Part shown: in pieces, positions 48,956 to 59,169 of the stretch
Numbering within the stretch: the stretch's first letter is position 1
How the letters are laid out: the number at the start of each line of letters is the position of its first letter
Assembly (NCBI GenBank): GCA_043821285.1
Contig: JBDRCZ010000040.1
Location: 582 to 64,581, forward strand
DNA from: Candidatus Omnitrophota bacterium
GTDB lineage: Bacteria; Omnitrophota; Gorgyraeia; B26-G9; JBDRCZ01
Direction: 5' to 3'
Length of the DNA stretch: 64,000 nt
The notes under the pieces: model-generated
Seen by the model: only the letters and a program-made list of their open reading frames with translations
Databases searched by the model: none
What the model was told of the DNA's origin: nothing
Made by a program: the position numbers and the translations under genes

Positions 48956-51877
48956 ATGAAATATAAAATTTGGTTTAAACTAATAGCCGTTGTCTTAATC
49001 AACGCTTTTTTCTGCCTGGACATCACCTGTGCTGCCGGCGGCAACATGAAAGATCTCTCCACTCACCTCTCTCCTGCGCTTTCAATTGATAATAAAAGCG
49101 TTAAGGGCTACTTTACACAACCTCCACAAATAAATACAAATATGCCCCAACCTATACCTGAAGACCTAATTGACAAGTTAAAAGGTTGGGGAAAGAGACA
49201 TTCTAAATTCGAGTCCCTTCTTAAAAAAACCATAAACAGCAAAACAACTGAACCAATTGCCGAAAAAATACGAGAGTTAAATGCACATATTGCCCAGGAA
49301 AACTGGCAGGCAGGCATAGTTCTTTGTATTGAAATTTTTCAACTCTTGGAGAAGCTACGAACATGGAGCATGGTGTGGCATGTGGAGTTTCACGACAAGA
49401 GTGATTTTTTACTACTTAAAATACTTAAATCAATAACGGCAATTTCCCCTCTGCTGTCGGCGAAAAAATCTACTACTCCTCTTTCCTCTTCACCACCAGA
49501 TCTTACCTATGACACCCATAATCAGCATATCGATCCTTTGATTAAAATTGCAATAGAACAATATCAAGAAGACCCTCAACAACCCTCAACCAGACCATAT
49601 ACTATAGCAGACAACGCAATACAGCTTGTGCAAACTTTCTTGGACCATGCTGGATTATTGTCTTTAAAGAACCTCTTTGAAGCCGAAGTTAAAGCAGAAC
49701 GAGTATGGCGCATTGATAACCGTCCGCAAGATGTAAATGCTGATGGCCATGCTGGTCCAATGGGGATTTATGTGTTTAATCCTGCTAACCAAGAAATGAC
49801 ACCTAAAGATAGAGATATATGGGAAGCTGGTGTATTAGTCCATGAACTTATTGCTAAAGCTGGTTCTACTCATGTTAACGCCGCAGCAATAGAAGAAATC
49901 TTTGAAGAATATATTGATAGAGACAGAACTGTACCGCATATAATGACACGCCTTCAAGAAAAAAATCTCACTGCTGTGTGGAAAGAATTAACCACTATAC
50001 AAGCGTGGCCAGAACTTCCTAAAGGTAACGGTGCAGAAAAATCCCGCGACATGGCAATGGCTCGGGCTGAAGATTATTTATATCGAGAAGAAAAAGAAAC
50101 ACCCTCTCATCCTGCCCTGTGGCAACGCACAATAGACTCAATTATAGAAAGATGCAACAATATCGGTGCTAATAACATTATCGATATTCTTTTCCAAATC
50201 AGGCTGCATAGATTAACACAAAGTTCCCAGATGCAAAGAGTCCTTTTAAACTTGGCTGATATCATTGATAATACACGAGCACTTGAGGATTTTGTTAAGC
50301 CTGAAAATTTTGCTTCCTTATATCATCGCTTATCAGATCCTGAAAAAGAGCTTATAGATTATATATTGCATAAGTTAGAACGCTTTAGAAGAACGCGACA
50401 ATTAACAGGGTCCCTACAGGAAGAATATATTATAGAATGGACAGAAAGGGGAAAAATTAAAATACGGGCAGAAGACGGAGAAATTTTTACATTTGAACAA
50501 ACATATATGCCTTGTGGCAGACAGATTACCGTTTACAACGGAAACAATACGATTATTGGCCATTGTGATTTTACTTTAGCCAAAGATTACTACGATAAAA
50601 TTGTGCAGGGAAAAGAACTATGGCCCGATAACGTTCAGGATAAGTTTAAAGTCAGAGTTGACGAAAAGTATAAAAAGCGTGGTATTCAATTAGTGCTTAT
50701 CAGCTTATTTATTATTACTGCCCGCAATACAAGGCTTAGTCAAATTGAATTAATTACAAGTCATGAAGAGACTACAGCAATTTTAATGAACTGTGGTTTT
50801 CAGAAAACAGAAAGAGACTCTACTAATGCCAGCTATTTATACAACCTTAAAGAAGAGCAAGCAATCCCATTAATAATGATTAGTGCACCAGAGGTCGTAG
50901 AACAATTGGAGGCATTGTTAGACGAACAATCGAAAGAGTTTATCCGTTTAGCCCTATTAATAGGTTATCAACAATATGGCATCAGCAAAGCAGATATAGA
51001 TAGAATAATTGAAGTATTACTTGAAAACAAAGATAATCCAGAAAGAGCCGCAAATATTATTAGAACTGAATTAGACTATGGCTGGTATCATAATTATAGA
51101 AGCAGCCAGCGGCCTATTATGGAATTAGAACTTATTCAGCAACATATAAGCTCTGGAACATTTGTCGACGTTGGTGGTGGATACCCAGGAGCTCTCGTAA
51201 ATGCAATTGCTAATGACCCGAGAGTTGAAAAAGTAATCGTTACTGATATTGAAGAAGAATATGCTCAATCTCAGGATGGTCCAACTATTTTATTTATCAC
51301 CCATTTCCAAGATAATATTTTTTATGTACCGCTTCCCCCTATTGCCGATACTATCTTATTAAAATATGTGCTTCATCATATTAATAATGCTAGATTAAAA
51401 AAATTTTTGCAAGATATCTTCCGTGTCTTAAAACCTGGTGGACGGGTAATTATATTTGAAGATAGTTATTCAGAGCACATGCCACCTGAACTTGGTAATA
51501 GCCAATTAATAGAAAAATTTTCAGGTCTGAGCAATGCGCAAAAAACGAAATTCCTACGTTTTAGTGACTGGTTTTCCAATAGAGTTGCCATAGGCATCCC
51601 AGGAATACCCATGCCATTTAATTTTAAATCGATAGAACAATGGCAGAACATATTTGAAGAAATAGGGTTTCATGTGGAACCGCAATATATTGGCTTTCTT
51701 GAAAACAAGGCACATCAGGTTCCTTTAGCTTTTATGGTCTTAACAAAACCAATAAATGACAATGCTAAATCAACAACTGCTCATCCTAATCTACCTGCCA
51801 CTAATATTCTCTTTGATACTCCACAGATAGATAACATACAGCTTAAAGATTTATCATTTGTGCAGGAAGCAATCTAA
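48956..51877 (+). CDS. Giant-family protein (973 aa). It is inverted relative to the main array. Has the shared leader core, a GNAT-like motif and a C-terminal SAM-methyltransferase motif. C-terminus is SFVQEAI.
   Basis: ORF track. N-terminus MKYKIWFKLIAVVLINAFFCLDITCAAGGNMKDL. The stretch KGYF after the leader is shared with ORF 14075..17098. KKRGIQLVL matches the GNAT Q/R-x-x-G-x-G/A motif. FVDVGGGYPGALV is a methyltransferase motif I. Confidence 0.8.
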   Translation: MKYKIWFKLIAVVLINAFFCLDITCAAGGNMKDLSTHLSPALSIDNKSVKGYFTQPPQINTNMPQPIPEDLIDKLKGWGKRHSKFESLLKKTINSKTTEPIAEKIRELNAHIAQENWQAGIVLCIEIFQLLEKLRTWSMVWHVEFHDKSDFLLLKILKSITAISPLLSAKKSTTPLSSSPPDLTYDTHNQHIDPLIKIAIEQYQEDPQQPSTRPYTIADNAIQLVQTFLDHAGLLSLKNLFEAEVKAERVWRIDNRPQDVNADGHAGPMGIYVFNPANQEMTPKDRDIWEAGVLVHELIAKAGSTHVNAAAIEEIFEEYIDRDRTVPHIMTRLQEKNLTAVWKELTTIQAWPELPKGNGAEKSRDMAMARAEDYLYREEKETPSHPALWQRTIDSIIERCNNIGANNIIDILFQIRLHRLTQSSQMQRVLLNLADIIDNTRALEDFVKPENFASLYHRLSDPEKELIDYILHKLERFRRTRQLTGSLQEEYIIEWTERGKIKIRAEDGEIFTFEQTYMPCGRQITVYNGNNTIIGHCDFTLAKDYYDKIVQGKELWPDNVQDKFKVRVDEKYKKRGIQLVLISLFIITARNTRLSQIELITSHEETTAILMNCGFQKTERDSTNASYLYNLKEEQAIPLIMISAPEVVEQLEALLDEQSKEFIRLALLIGYQQYGISKADIDRIIEVLLENKDNPERAANIIRTELDYGWYHNYRSSQRPIMELELIQQHISSGTFVDVGGGYPGALVNAIANDPRVEKVIVTDIEEEYAQSQDGPTILFITHFQDNIFYVPLPPIADTILLKYVLHHINNARLKKFLQDIFRVLKPGGRVIIFEDSYSEHMPPELGNSQLIEKFSGLSNAQKTKFLRFSDWFSNRVAIGIPGIPMPFNFKSIEQWQNIFEEIGFHVEPQYIGFLENKAHQVPLAFMVLTKPINDNAKSTTAHPNLPATNILFDTPQIDNIQLKDLSFVQEAI

Positions 51878-52053
51878 AAAAGCTGCCTATCGGCAGCTTT
51901 TAATTTACCTCCCTGACGGAAGGCAAGTAGTTTACAGTTCTTTATCGAAAAACAGGTCGTTTACTTATTTATATCTGGATTATCTGCGGGTAAAAGATAA
52001 ATAAAAATTTTAGTACAGATACTCATTTTATAATTCTTGCAACAAAGTTTTAC

Positions 52054-52314
52054 TCATAAAATCCGTTTTTGGAAATGCTCTCTTATGTCATTCAGATCAA
52101 CTAAATCAACATCGTCATCTACCACCATAGAAATTTTCCCGTAATATTTAAAAAAGTCCTTTGCCTTAATTCCTTCTACGGCGATATCAATATCCTGGAC
52201 TGTTTCAACGTTTTCAAGACAAGAACCAAACAAAAACACTTTTCCCACATCAAACTCTCTACTGATCTTTTTTATTTCCGCTAACTCTTTATCTAAAACT
52301 TCTTTTTTCATCAT
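52054..52314 (-). CDS. Nucleotidyltransferase-domain protein (MntA-like minimal NTase).
   Basis: G-S-x9-13-D-x-D motif (GSCLENVETVQDIDIAV). Confidence 0.6.
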   Translation of the reverse strand: MMKKEVLDKELAEIKKISREFDVGKVFLFGSCLENVETVQDIDIAVEGIKAKDFFKYYGKISMVVDDDVDLVDLNDIREHFQKRIL

Positions 52315-52759
52315 TCACCTCTTATGCTTTTAAAATTTCTTCTATTATAACAATTATTATATCTGTGTTCTCAACGGCTGAGGGGATTATAACAACAATA
52401 TGGTCAGATTATATCTTTATTTTATTCCTTCCCTTTTACCTTGTCAACGTTTGTCGTGTCCGTGGCGCGTAGAAAGGGGACCTGTTCATTTATCCCCCCC
52501 CTTCGTAATAGTTCCGTGTCAAAAAATATGTAAAGTTTTACCGAGTAAAACAATGGCTCGAGATAGTTTATGTTAAGTATATCAGTTTCTGTCCCTTTCG
52601 GTTGACAGTGGCTAACTATCTTATCTTTGCTCTGTTTCCATTGCCCGCTCTAAAATTCCGTACGTCGTGGTTTCCCTAATACGGCTTCAAACAATATTTC
52701 TTCTCGATACCTTCCTGTTTATTTTATCTTGGTTTTCATCAAGTCTTCGCTTTTATTTT

Positions 52760-53320
52760 TCAAAAATTTTCCTTAATTTCTATCTTGTCTATGGGGCAGA
52801 TATACTTACAGGCGCCGCATCCAATACAAAAATCTGAAAGCCGATCAAACGGGGTCTGAACCCTCCTCTTTACACCCCGCCAGGCAAAATTTATTGCCTC
52901 CCGGCCAGCAATCTCCGCGCATACACGCACACATAATCCGCAATTGAGACAGTTAGTTTCGTCATTTAGTTTAATCCGCGTTTTTTCTACCCCATACTCT
53001 GCTGCCAGCGCCTTAAGTTTTTCAGACTCTGGAGAACGTGCCAGCAGAAGCTCGAAAATAATCCTGCGTGTCTTTTTAACCTTTTCTGTATCAGTCTTAA
53101 TAACTAATCCCTCAGTAACTTTATAAACACAAGCGGCCTCAAGTCCATTGTTTTCCCCGGTAATTATCTCTACCAGACAGAGCCGGCAAGCGCCATAAGG
53201 CGTTAATTCTTTATGAAAACATAAAGTTGGTATCTTTATACCAATATCCGCAGATACTTCAAGGATCGTCTTTCCTTCTTTTACCTTTAGTCTTTTATCG
53301 TTAATCGCAATATTAATCAT
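52760..53320 (-). CDS. Fe-S protein with a 2Fe-2S domain plus a 4Fe-4S domain (like the N-terminus of NuoG or of HydA).
   Basis: Cys pattern C-x10-C-x2-C for the 2Fe-2S domain, then CLNCGLCVRVC and CIGCGACKYICP ferredoxin motifs. Confidence 0.7.
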   Translation of the reverse strand: MINIAINDKRLKVKEGKTILEVSADIGIKIPTLCFHKELTPYGACRLCLVEIITGENNGLEAACVYKVTEGLVIKTDTEKVKKTRRIIFELLLARSPESEKLKALAAEYGVEKTRIKLNDETNCLNCGLCVRVCAEIAGREAINFAWRGVKRRVQTPFDRLSDFCIGCGACKYICPIDKIEIKENF

Positions 53321-53376
53321 AATAATTTACCCTTGTTATTGCTTTCGTGCACGGGAATTAATTGGGTTTATCTCTT

Positions 53377-55656
53377 TTAATAAAAACCGCACCTTTTTGC
53401 TAAACAACGCCGTTCCTTAATTTGTATTTCATATTCATCACGAAAATAACGCAAGGTGTCCAGTAATGTATTCGGCAATGTCCGGCCAAATCCGCATATC
53501 GAAGTCTCTTTGATTGCCTGAGAAATATCTATAAGTAAATTTATGTCTTGTTCTTCGCCTTGTCCGCGGCATATTCTTTCAAGAATTTTAAGTAAAGCCG
53601 TAGATCCATCTCTACAGGAAGAACATTTTCCGCAGGATTCTTCATGTGCAAACTCAATAAGATACCTGGCGATATCTACGATACAAGTATCTTCATCCAC
53701 GACAATTATTCCGCCGGAACCTAAAACTATCCCCGCGGCTGCCAATTTTTCATAGTCTACCGGCAGTTCGAGTAAACTTAACGGGATACAACCCCCAGCA
53801 GGACCACCAATAAGTACCGCCTTAATTTTTTTCCCCTCTAAAACACCGCCGCCAATATCAAAAATGATTTTCTTTAAGCTAATCCCCATCGGCACTTCAA
53901 GTAAACCTGGTTTTTTTATTTTGCCAACCAGTGAAAATATCTTTGTCCCTTTACTCTTTTCTGTCCCGATGCGGCAAAACCAATCTGCGCCTCGGGCAAT
54001 GATTACGGGAATCGTTGCCCAGGTTTCCACATTATTAACAACCGTCGGACTTGCCCATAATCCTGATTGTGCCGGATACGGCGGCTTATTTCTGGGTTCA
54101 GGCAGCCGCCCCTCGATTGAAGCAATCAAAGCCGTTTCTTCCCCGCAAATAAACGCACCCGCACCTTGTTTAATATGGAGAGCAAAACTAAAATCCGTAT
54201 TAAATATATTTTCACCAAGCACCCCATGCTCTTTTGCCTGTGCCACAGCAATTTGTAATCTCCGAACTGCGGTCTGATATTCTGACCGAACATAAATATA
54301 TCCCTGTCTGGCGCCGACAGCCCTTGCCCCAATAATCATACCCTCTAATATCGCATGCGGGTCAGACTCAAGGATACACCGATTAGTATATGAGCCAGGA
54401 TTACCTTCGTCGGCATTACAGATTACATATTTTGTTTCCCCGGGATATTTTTTGCACAATTCCCATTTTATCCCGGCAGGAAATCCTTCACCCCCGCGTC
54501 CACGCAGACCTGATTTTTTTATTTCATTTATTATCTCCGCCGGCTGCATTTCGCCCAGCGCCTTTGCTAATGCCCGATACCCGTCCCGAGCAATATAGTC
54601 ATCAATTCGCTCGGGATTAATCTTTCCGCTATTTCTTAAAATTACCCCGGTTTGATGAATAAAAAAATCAGTATCACTTATCTCCGGGATAGATTTTTTT
54701 TCACTTCTTTTATACATCTCCAGTAATTCCCGCACCTTCTGCCCGGTCATTGAACCGTAGATATTTTCATTAATCTTTATTACCGGCGCAACCGCACAAC
54801 ATCCCAAACATCTGACCGTCTCTAAAGTAAACCGCATATCCCGCGTTGTCTCGCCTGTTTTGATCCCCAGTTTTTCTTCAATTACCGTAAGAAGCTCTTT
54901 TGCCCCTTTTAGATAACAGGTGGTTCCCAGACAAAGTCTGATCAGATATTTTCCTCTCGGTCGCAGGCTTAAGCGATCGTAAAAAGTAGTAATGCCGAAT
55001 ACCTCACTTAAACTCATCCGAAAATTTTTAGCTATCGCCTTTAATGCCCCCTCCGGTAAGTAACCAAAATGTTGATTAGTCTCCTGTAAGGCAGCCAATA
55101 ACGCATCTCTTTTACCTGGTTTATATGCTTCAATTATTGTCGTTAGTTTCCGGTTGTCGGCAGAAGAAAGTTTTACCCTCCTTATATCTGGCGGATTGTG
55201 TTTTTGGCTATTTATGATAAATTGCCATTTAAGTGCCGGGTCGTAGGTTTTGTTTTTTACGATGTTTTTAACCGTAGTTAAATAATCAGGAATATAAATT
55301 TCTAGGTCGTCTTTTATCTTTACCTGACAGGCCAGGCGCATGCCGCTGCGTTTTTCCTCCTGGCTGATAAACCCTTCTTCCGTCGGTAACATCTCTCCTC
55401 CGCCGTTTAATACCCGCACTTTACAATATCCGCAAGCTGCCCGGCCGGCGCATGAACCGGCAATATTAATCCTATTTTCTATTAAATAAGAATGTAAATA
55501 TCCTCCCCCGGCGACAAAAAATTCACGTTTTACACCATTTTCGTTAACAGTTATCTTGCACTCGCCATAATTAATAAGTAATCTATCGGCAATAGCAAGT
55601 AAACCCGTAATTACCAATAGAAACAAATCAATGATTATTACCGGTAGAAAAATCAT
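53377..55656 (-). CDS. Membrane-anchored fusion of a plant-type 2Fe-2S ferredoxin, a NuoE-like thioredoxin-fold 2Fe-2S domain and a NuoF-like FMN/NADH/4Fe-4S domain.
   Basis: N-terminal TM helix. CAGRAACGYCKV. NuoE-like CLGTTCYLKG...CLGCCAVAP. NuoF-like GAGAFICGEETALIASIEG and ESCGKCSSCRDG. Confidence 0.75.
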   Translation of the reverse strand: MIFLPVIIIDLFLLVITGLLAIADRLLINYGECKITVNENGVKREFFVAGGGYLHSYLIENRINIAGSCAGRAACGYCKVRVLNGGGEMLPTEEGFISQEEKRSGMRLACQVKIKDDLEIYIPDYLTTVKNIVKNKTYDPALKWQFIINSQKHNPPDIRRVKLSSADNRKLTTIIEAYKPGKRDALLAALQETNQHFGYLPEGALKAIAKNFRMSLSEVFGITTFYDRLSLRPRGKYLIRLCLGTTCYLKGAKELLTVIEEKLGIKTGETTRDMRFTLETVRCLGCCAVAPVIKINENIYGSMTGQKVRELLEMYKRSEKKSIPEISDTDFFIHQTGVILRNSGKINPERIDDYIARDGYRALAKALGEMQPAEIINEIKKSGLRGRGGEGFPAGIKWELCKKYPGETKYVICNADEGNPGSYTNRCILESDPHAILEGMIIGARAVGARQGYIYVRSEYQTAVRRLQIAVAQAKEHGVLGENIFNTDFSFALHIKQGAGAFICGEETALIASIEGRLPEPRNKPPYPAQSGLWASPTVVNNVETWATIPVIIARGADWFCRIGTEKSKGTKIFSLVGKIKKPGLLEVPMGISLKKIIFDIGGGVLEGKKIKAVLIGGPAGGCIPLSLLELPVDYEKLAAAGIVLGSGGIIVVDEDTCIVDIARYLIEFAHEESCGKCSSCRDGSTALLKILERICRGQGEEQDINLLIDISQAIKETSICGFGRTLPNTLLDTLRYFRDEYEIQIKERRCLAKRCGFY

Positions 55657-55712
55657 TGCCCCGTCCTAATAAAAAAATTTGGTTCTGTCAAAAACTTTCG
55701 TATATTTTTTAA

Positions 55713-56122
55713 GTACCCATAGGGCACAAGCAACCACAGATTTCACAGATTAAAATGATTTTTTTCTTTTAATAAATCATCTCTATAAATCTGTGGTGAT
55801 TTAATCTATACTCATAACTTTAAAAATTTACTTTATTATCCGCTTATATTCTAACGATGCTCTTCCAAAGTTGAACAGTAATCCGTTCCGTTTTGTGCCG
55901 CCTTTAGATAATTATGTACTTATGCCTCATCTATCTTCATAACTCCTTTAGTGGCATTTAGTTCTACTAATACTATCCCCTCAACTATAAAATCTGCCTC
56001 TTATTCTTTATATGGATAATCTTTCTCTCTTTTATTCACCACAGATTTTCTCGGATTTCCTCCCCCCTGCAAATATTTATAACTATCTGCGTAATCTGTG
56101 GTTGCTTGTGCCCTATGGGTGC
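55713..56122. repeat. MITE-like element with ~29-bp terminal inverted repeats and nested internal inverted repeats.
   Basis: gtacccatagggcacaagcaaccacagat at 55713-55742 pairs with atctgtggttgcttgtgccctatgggtgc at 56094-56122. Inner pair aatctgtggtgat / tcaccacagatt. Confidence 0.5.
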
Positions 56123-56261
56123 TTCTCGGTTTTTCATAACACTTTTGACACTACCAAAAAATTTCCGCTGCTGCCAAGTATCTCTGAATTTTTTTATATT
56201 GTACCCACCCCGGCGCCATTCATCCCCGCTGTTTGTTTTGAAAAATACTGGTACGATTTTC

Positions 56262-56852
56262 TTAAAACATACCTCTAAACCCTAAAAATGCCAACGCCAT
56301 AATTCCGGCAATAATCATAACAATCCCCGGACCTTTAAGTCCTTTGGGGATGTCGGCAATTAATTTGAGTTTTTCATTTATTGCCGCAACAATGATTATC
56401 GCCAGCATCCAGCCTGCTGCCGCACCTACGGAAAAAACCATGGTCTGAATGTAGGTATATTTTCTAAGCACGATAAAAAGAGAAACTGCGAGCACAGTAC
56501 AATTTACGGTTATTAAAGGGAGAAATATCCCAAACCCTGCCTCCCCTGCCGGAAAAAACCGTTCAAAAATCATTTCAACCAATTGCACCGAACCGGCAAT
56601 CACAATAATAAATATCATATAATAAATAACCTCGCTTCCGGTAGGAACTAAAATCAGGTGATAGACCGGCCAGTTAATCGCCGCGGTTATGGTCACGACA
56701 AATATTACCGCCGCCCCCATGCCTAATGCCGTATTTAAGCTGCGGGATAAAGAAATAAACGGACACATCCCTAACAGATAAGTCAGGGCAATATTCTGGG
56801 TCAAAACTGCCGCCATAAAAATACCCCATAATGATGTGCTTTCGAATGCCAT
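56262..56852 (-). CDS. rnfA: Rnf complex subunit A.
   Basis: 196-aa polytopic membrane protein. Position and order in the C-D-G-E-A cluster. Confidence 0.8.
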   Translation of the reverse strand: MAFESTSLWGIFMAAVLTQNIALTYLLGMCPFISLSRSLNTALGMGAAVIFVVTITAAINWPVYHLILVPTGSEVIYYMIFIIVIAGSVQLVEMIFERFFPAGEAGFGIFLPLITVNCTVLAVSLFIVLRKYTYIQTMVFSVGAAAGWMLAIIIVAAINEKLKLIADIPKGLKGPGIVMIIAGIMALAFLGFRGMF

Positions 56853-56853
56853 A

Positions 56854-57471
56854 TTATTGCTTTCTTTCCCTTTGGCGGGGCATAATCCATAAAAAAACCG
56901 CTAACAGGAAAAATGCCCCCGGCGCCATAGACATAACGGTCCAGTTTATCCATCCCCGCGGCATGACTTCAATTCCGAGCAATGTCCCGAACCCGAAAAG
57001 TTCACGCACAATGGAAATAATAATCAGCGTATAAGTATAACTTATGCCATTAGCCAGGGCATCCAGTAATGAGAGTGAAACTCTCTGCCGGATATAAAAC
57101 GCCTCCGCCCTTCCCATGATTATACAATTGGTAATAATAAGCCCAATATAAGGATTAATCGCCTCACTAATTTCAGGATAAAATGCCTTGAGTAATCTAT
57201 CTACGATAATTACAAAAGAAGAAATCGTGATCATATAAGTAATCATTCTTACCCGCGGGAGAATTAAGTTTCTCAGCATTGATATAATTAACGCCGTAGC
57301 CAAGAGAACAAAACTAACCCCGGCACCCATTGCCAGAGCATTTTCCAATTTATTCGTTATTGCTAAAGCAGAACATATGCCCAGCCCCAGTGAACAGACC
57401 GGATGATTAGACCACAAACCAGCTTTTATCGTCTGATAACCTTCTACTCCTAAAATTTTTCTTAGCGTCAC
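56854..57471 (-). CDS. rnfE: Rnf complex subunit E.
   Basis: 205-aa polytopic membrane protein, paralogous to RnfA. Confidence 0.8.
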   Translation of the reverse strand: MTLRKILGVEGYQTIKAGLWSNHPVCSLGLGICSALAITNKLENALAMGAGVSFVLLATALIISMLRNLILPRVRMITYMITISSFVIIVDRLLKAFYPEISEAINPYIGLIITNCIIMGRAEAFYIRQRVSLSLLDALANGISYTYTLIIISIVRELFGFGTLLGIEVMPRGWINWTVMSMAPGAFFLLAVFLWIMPRQRERKQ

Positions 57472-58052
57472 TATTTTTCTTCCTCGGTAATAAGCTGAAT
57501 GTTCCGTTCAAACCGCCGATTTAATATCTTTTCAAATGCCTTACAGCTTAACGTTGCTCCGGCAATTACATCTACGCTGTTTTCTTTGGCATTATTATCC
57601 GAAGCTAATCCTGCCGACTTTGGTGAAATAGTCTTGCCTTTGAAGCTACGCAAATAATCATCCTCGCTAATTCTTCCCCCGAGACCCGGGGTTTCTTCCT
57701 GATAAATAATTTTTATTCCTTTAATTGTTTTTAAATCCGGCAAAAACGAAATAACCCCGTAAATCGGCCCCCATAGCCCGGCGCCAGAAAATTCAAAGGC
57801 AACCTCTTTTTTCCGGTTGATATAAAATATACCGCCGTCTTTTTTCAGTGTTCTGATATTGGCCGTAAATACCTCTTCCAGATCCTGTTTACCACTAGCA
57901 ATGCCAAACACATCCAGCATGCTGCGCTTCAGTTTCCATGCCTCATTTTTGGCAATTATTGGTTTGGTATAATAATCCACCCCTACGACTAACCCGGTTA
58001 ATAGTGTTCCTAAAACCAAAACAAAAATTACCATGAAAATTTTTTCTTTCAT
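57471..58052 (-). CDS. rnfG: Rnf complex subunit G (FMN-binding).
   Basis: N-terminal TM helix. FMN attachment motif GATLSCK (S/T-G-A-T-x-S/T). Confidence 0.8.
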   Translation of the reverse strand: MKEKIFMVIFVLVLGTLLTGLVVGVDYYTKPIIAKNEAWKLKRSMLDVFGIASGKQDLEEVFTANIRTLKKDGGIFYINRKKEVAFEFSGAGLWGPIYGVISFLPDLKTIKGIKIIYQEETPGLGGRISEDDYLRSFKGKTISPKSAGLASDNNAKENSVDVIAGATLSCKAFEKILNRRFERNIQLITEEEK

Positions 58053-58191
58053 TGTCTTTAATTTCTGCCCAGCTCATTCCGTCATTTCCATCTTGCGGCC
58101 GGAAAGAGTCATTTAAATTTTATCCCAAATTTTCATATGCACCAAAAAGATATATGCAAATTCCGGGATACCAGGGTAACAAGTCTAAATC

Positions 58192-59169
58192 CTATACGGA
58201 GTTAGACGATCGACCCTTCGGGCAAATTTTGCCTAATGCAAAATTTGGGCTTATAACTATATGGTCAATCAGGGGAGAAAGGGCATTAAGTAAAATAATG
58301 CTAAACATTACCCCTTCTGCATATCCGGAAAATGCCCGGATTAAAACCGTAAGCCCCCCGCAGCCAATTCCAAAAACAACCTTACCTTTCATGGTAAAAG
58401 GTGAAGTAACCGGATCCGTGGCCATAAAAAACGCCCCGAATAAAAGTCCGCCGGATAAAAGCTGAAACCAAGGCGGGGCAACATTTGCCGGGAGGAAATG
58501 ATTACCGATCGCACTCAAAATAATCACCGTGCCGATATAAAAAACCGGGATCCGCCAATTAGCCACTTTAGTATAAACCAGGAATATCCCCCCGAGGATT
58601 ATTCCCCAGCAAAAATTCTCTCCGATACTCCCGGCGGTTTGACCGAACAGTAGGCTAACTAAAGGGGTAACTGTCTGTGTTGTCTTATACAACACGAGCG
58701 GTGTAGCAGAAGTTATGGCATCAGTAAAAGGCATCTGCCAGCAAGCGTTTATAATTGTTGGGAATGTTATTGTGATAAATAATCTCCCAACTAATGCCGG
58801 ATTAAAAATGTTTCTTCCCATGCCGCCAAATACTTCTTTGCCAAATACCACCCCAAAAACTATTCCGACCGCAACTATCCATAACGGGATTGCCGGCGGC
58901 AGGATTAACGAAAAAATTAATCCGGTTACGAAAAATCCTTCGTCCAACGGTTTTTTACGCACTAACGAAAACACCAATTCCGCCAGTCCGCCAAAAATAT
59001 AAGCAACCGCAATAATTGCCAATACCCTTGGTCCGTAAAAATAAAAAGCCGCTGCCACAGCTGGCAAAAGAGCAACAATCACCATACCCAGGTATCTTTT
59101 TATATCCAGGCCATCGCGGATAAAAGGGGCCGTGGTCGTGGTTTTATCCGGGGTTTTTATCAATTCCAT
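58192..59169 (-). CDS. rnfD: Rnf complex subunit D (NqrB/RnfD family).
   Basis: 325-aa polytopic membrane protein. Conserved TGGLTVL-like region. Confidence 0.8.
   Translation of the reverse strand: MELIKTPDKTTTTAPFIRDGLDIKRYLGMVIVALLPAVAAAFYFYGPRVLAIIAVAYIFGGLAELVFSLVRKKPLDEGFFVTGLIFSLILPPAIPLWIVAVGIVFGVVFGKEVFGGMGRNIFNPALVGRLFITITFPTIINACWQMPFTDAITSATPLVLYKTTQTVTPLVSLLFGQTAGSIGENFCWGIILGGIFLVYTKVANWRIPVFYIGTVIILSAIGNHFLPANVAPPWFQLLSGGLLFGAFFMATDPVTSPFTMKGKVVFGIGCGGLTVLIRAFSGYAEGVMFSIILLNALSPLIDHIVISPNFALGKICPKGRSSNSV

Noticed and set aside
55713-56122. A sigma54 promoter (GG-N10-GC) inside the MITE-like termini (TGGTTGCTTGTGCC)
   Set aside because: The GG-to-GC spacing is 10, not the 12 expected from TGGCACG-N4-TTGC. 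The sequence is better explained as a terminal inverted repeat.
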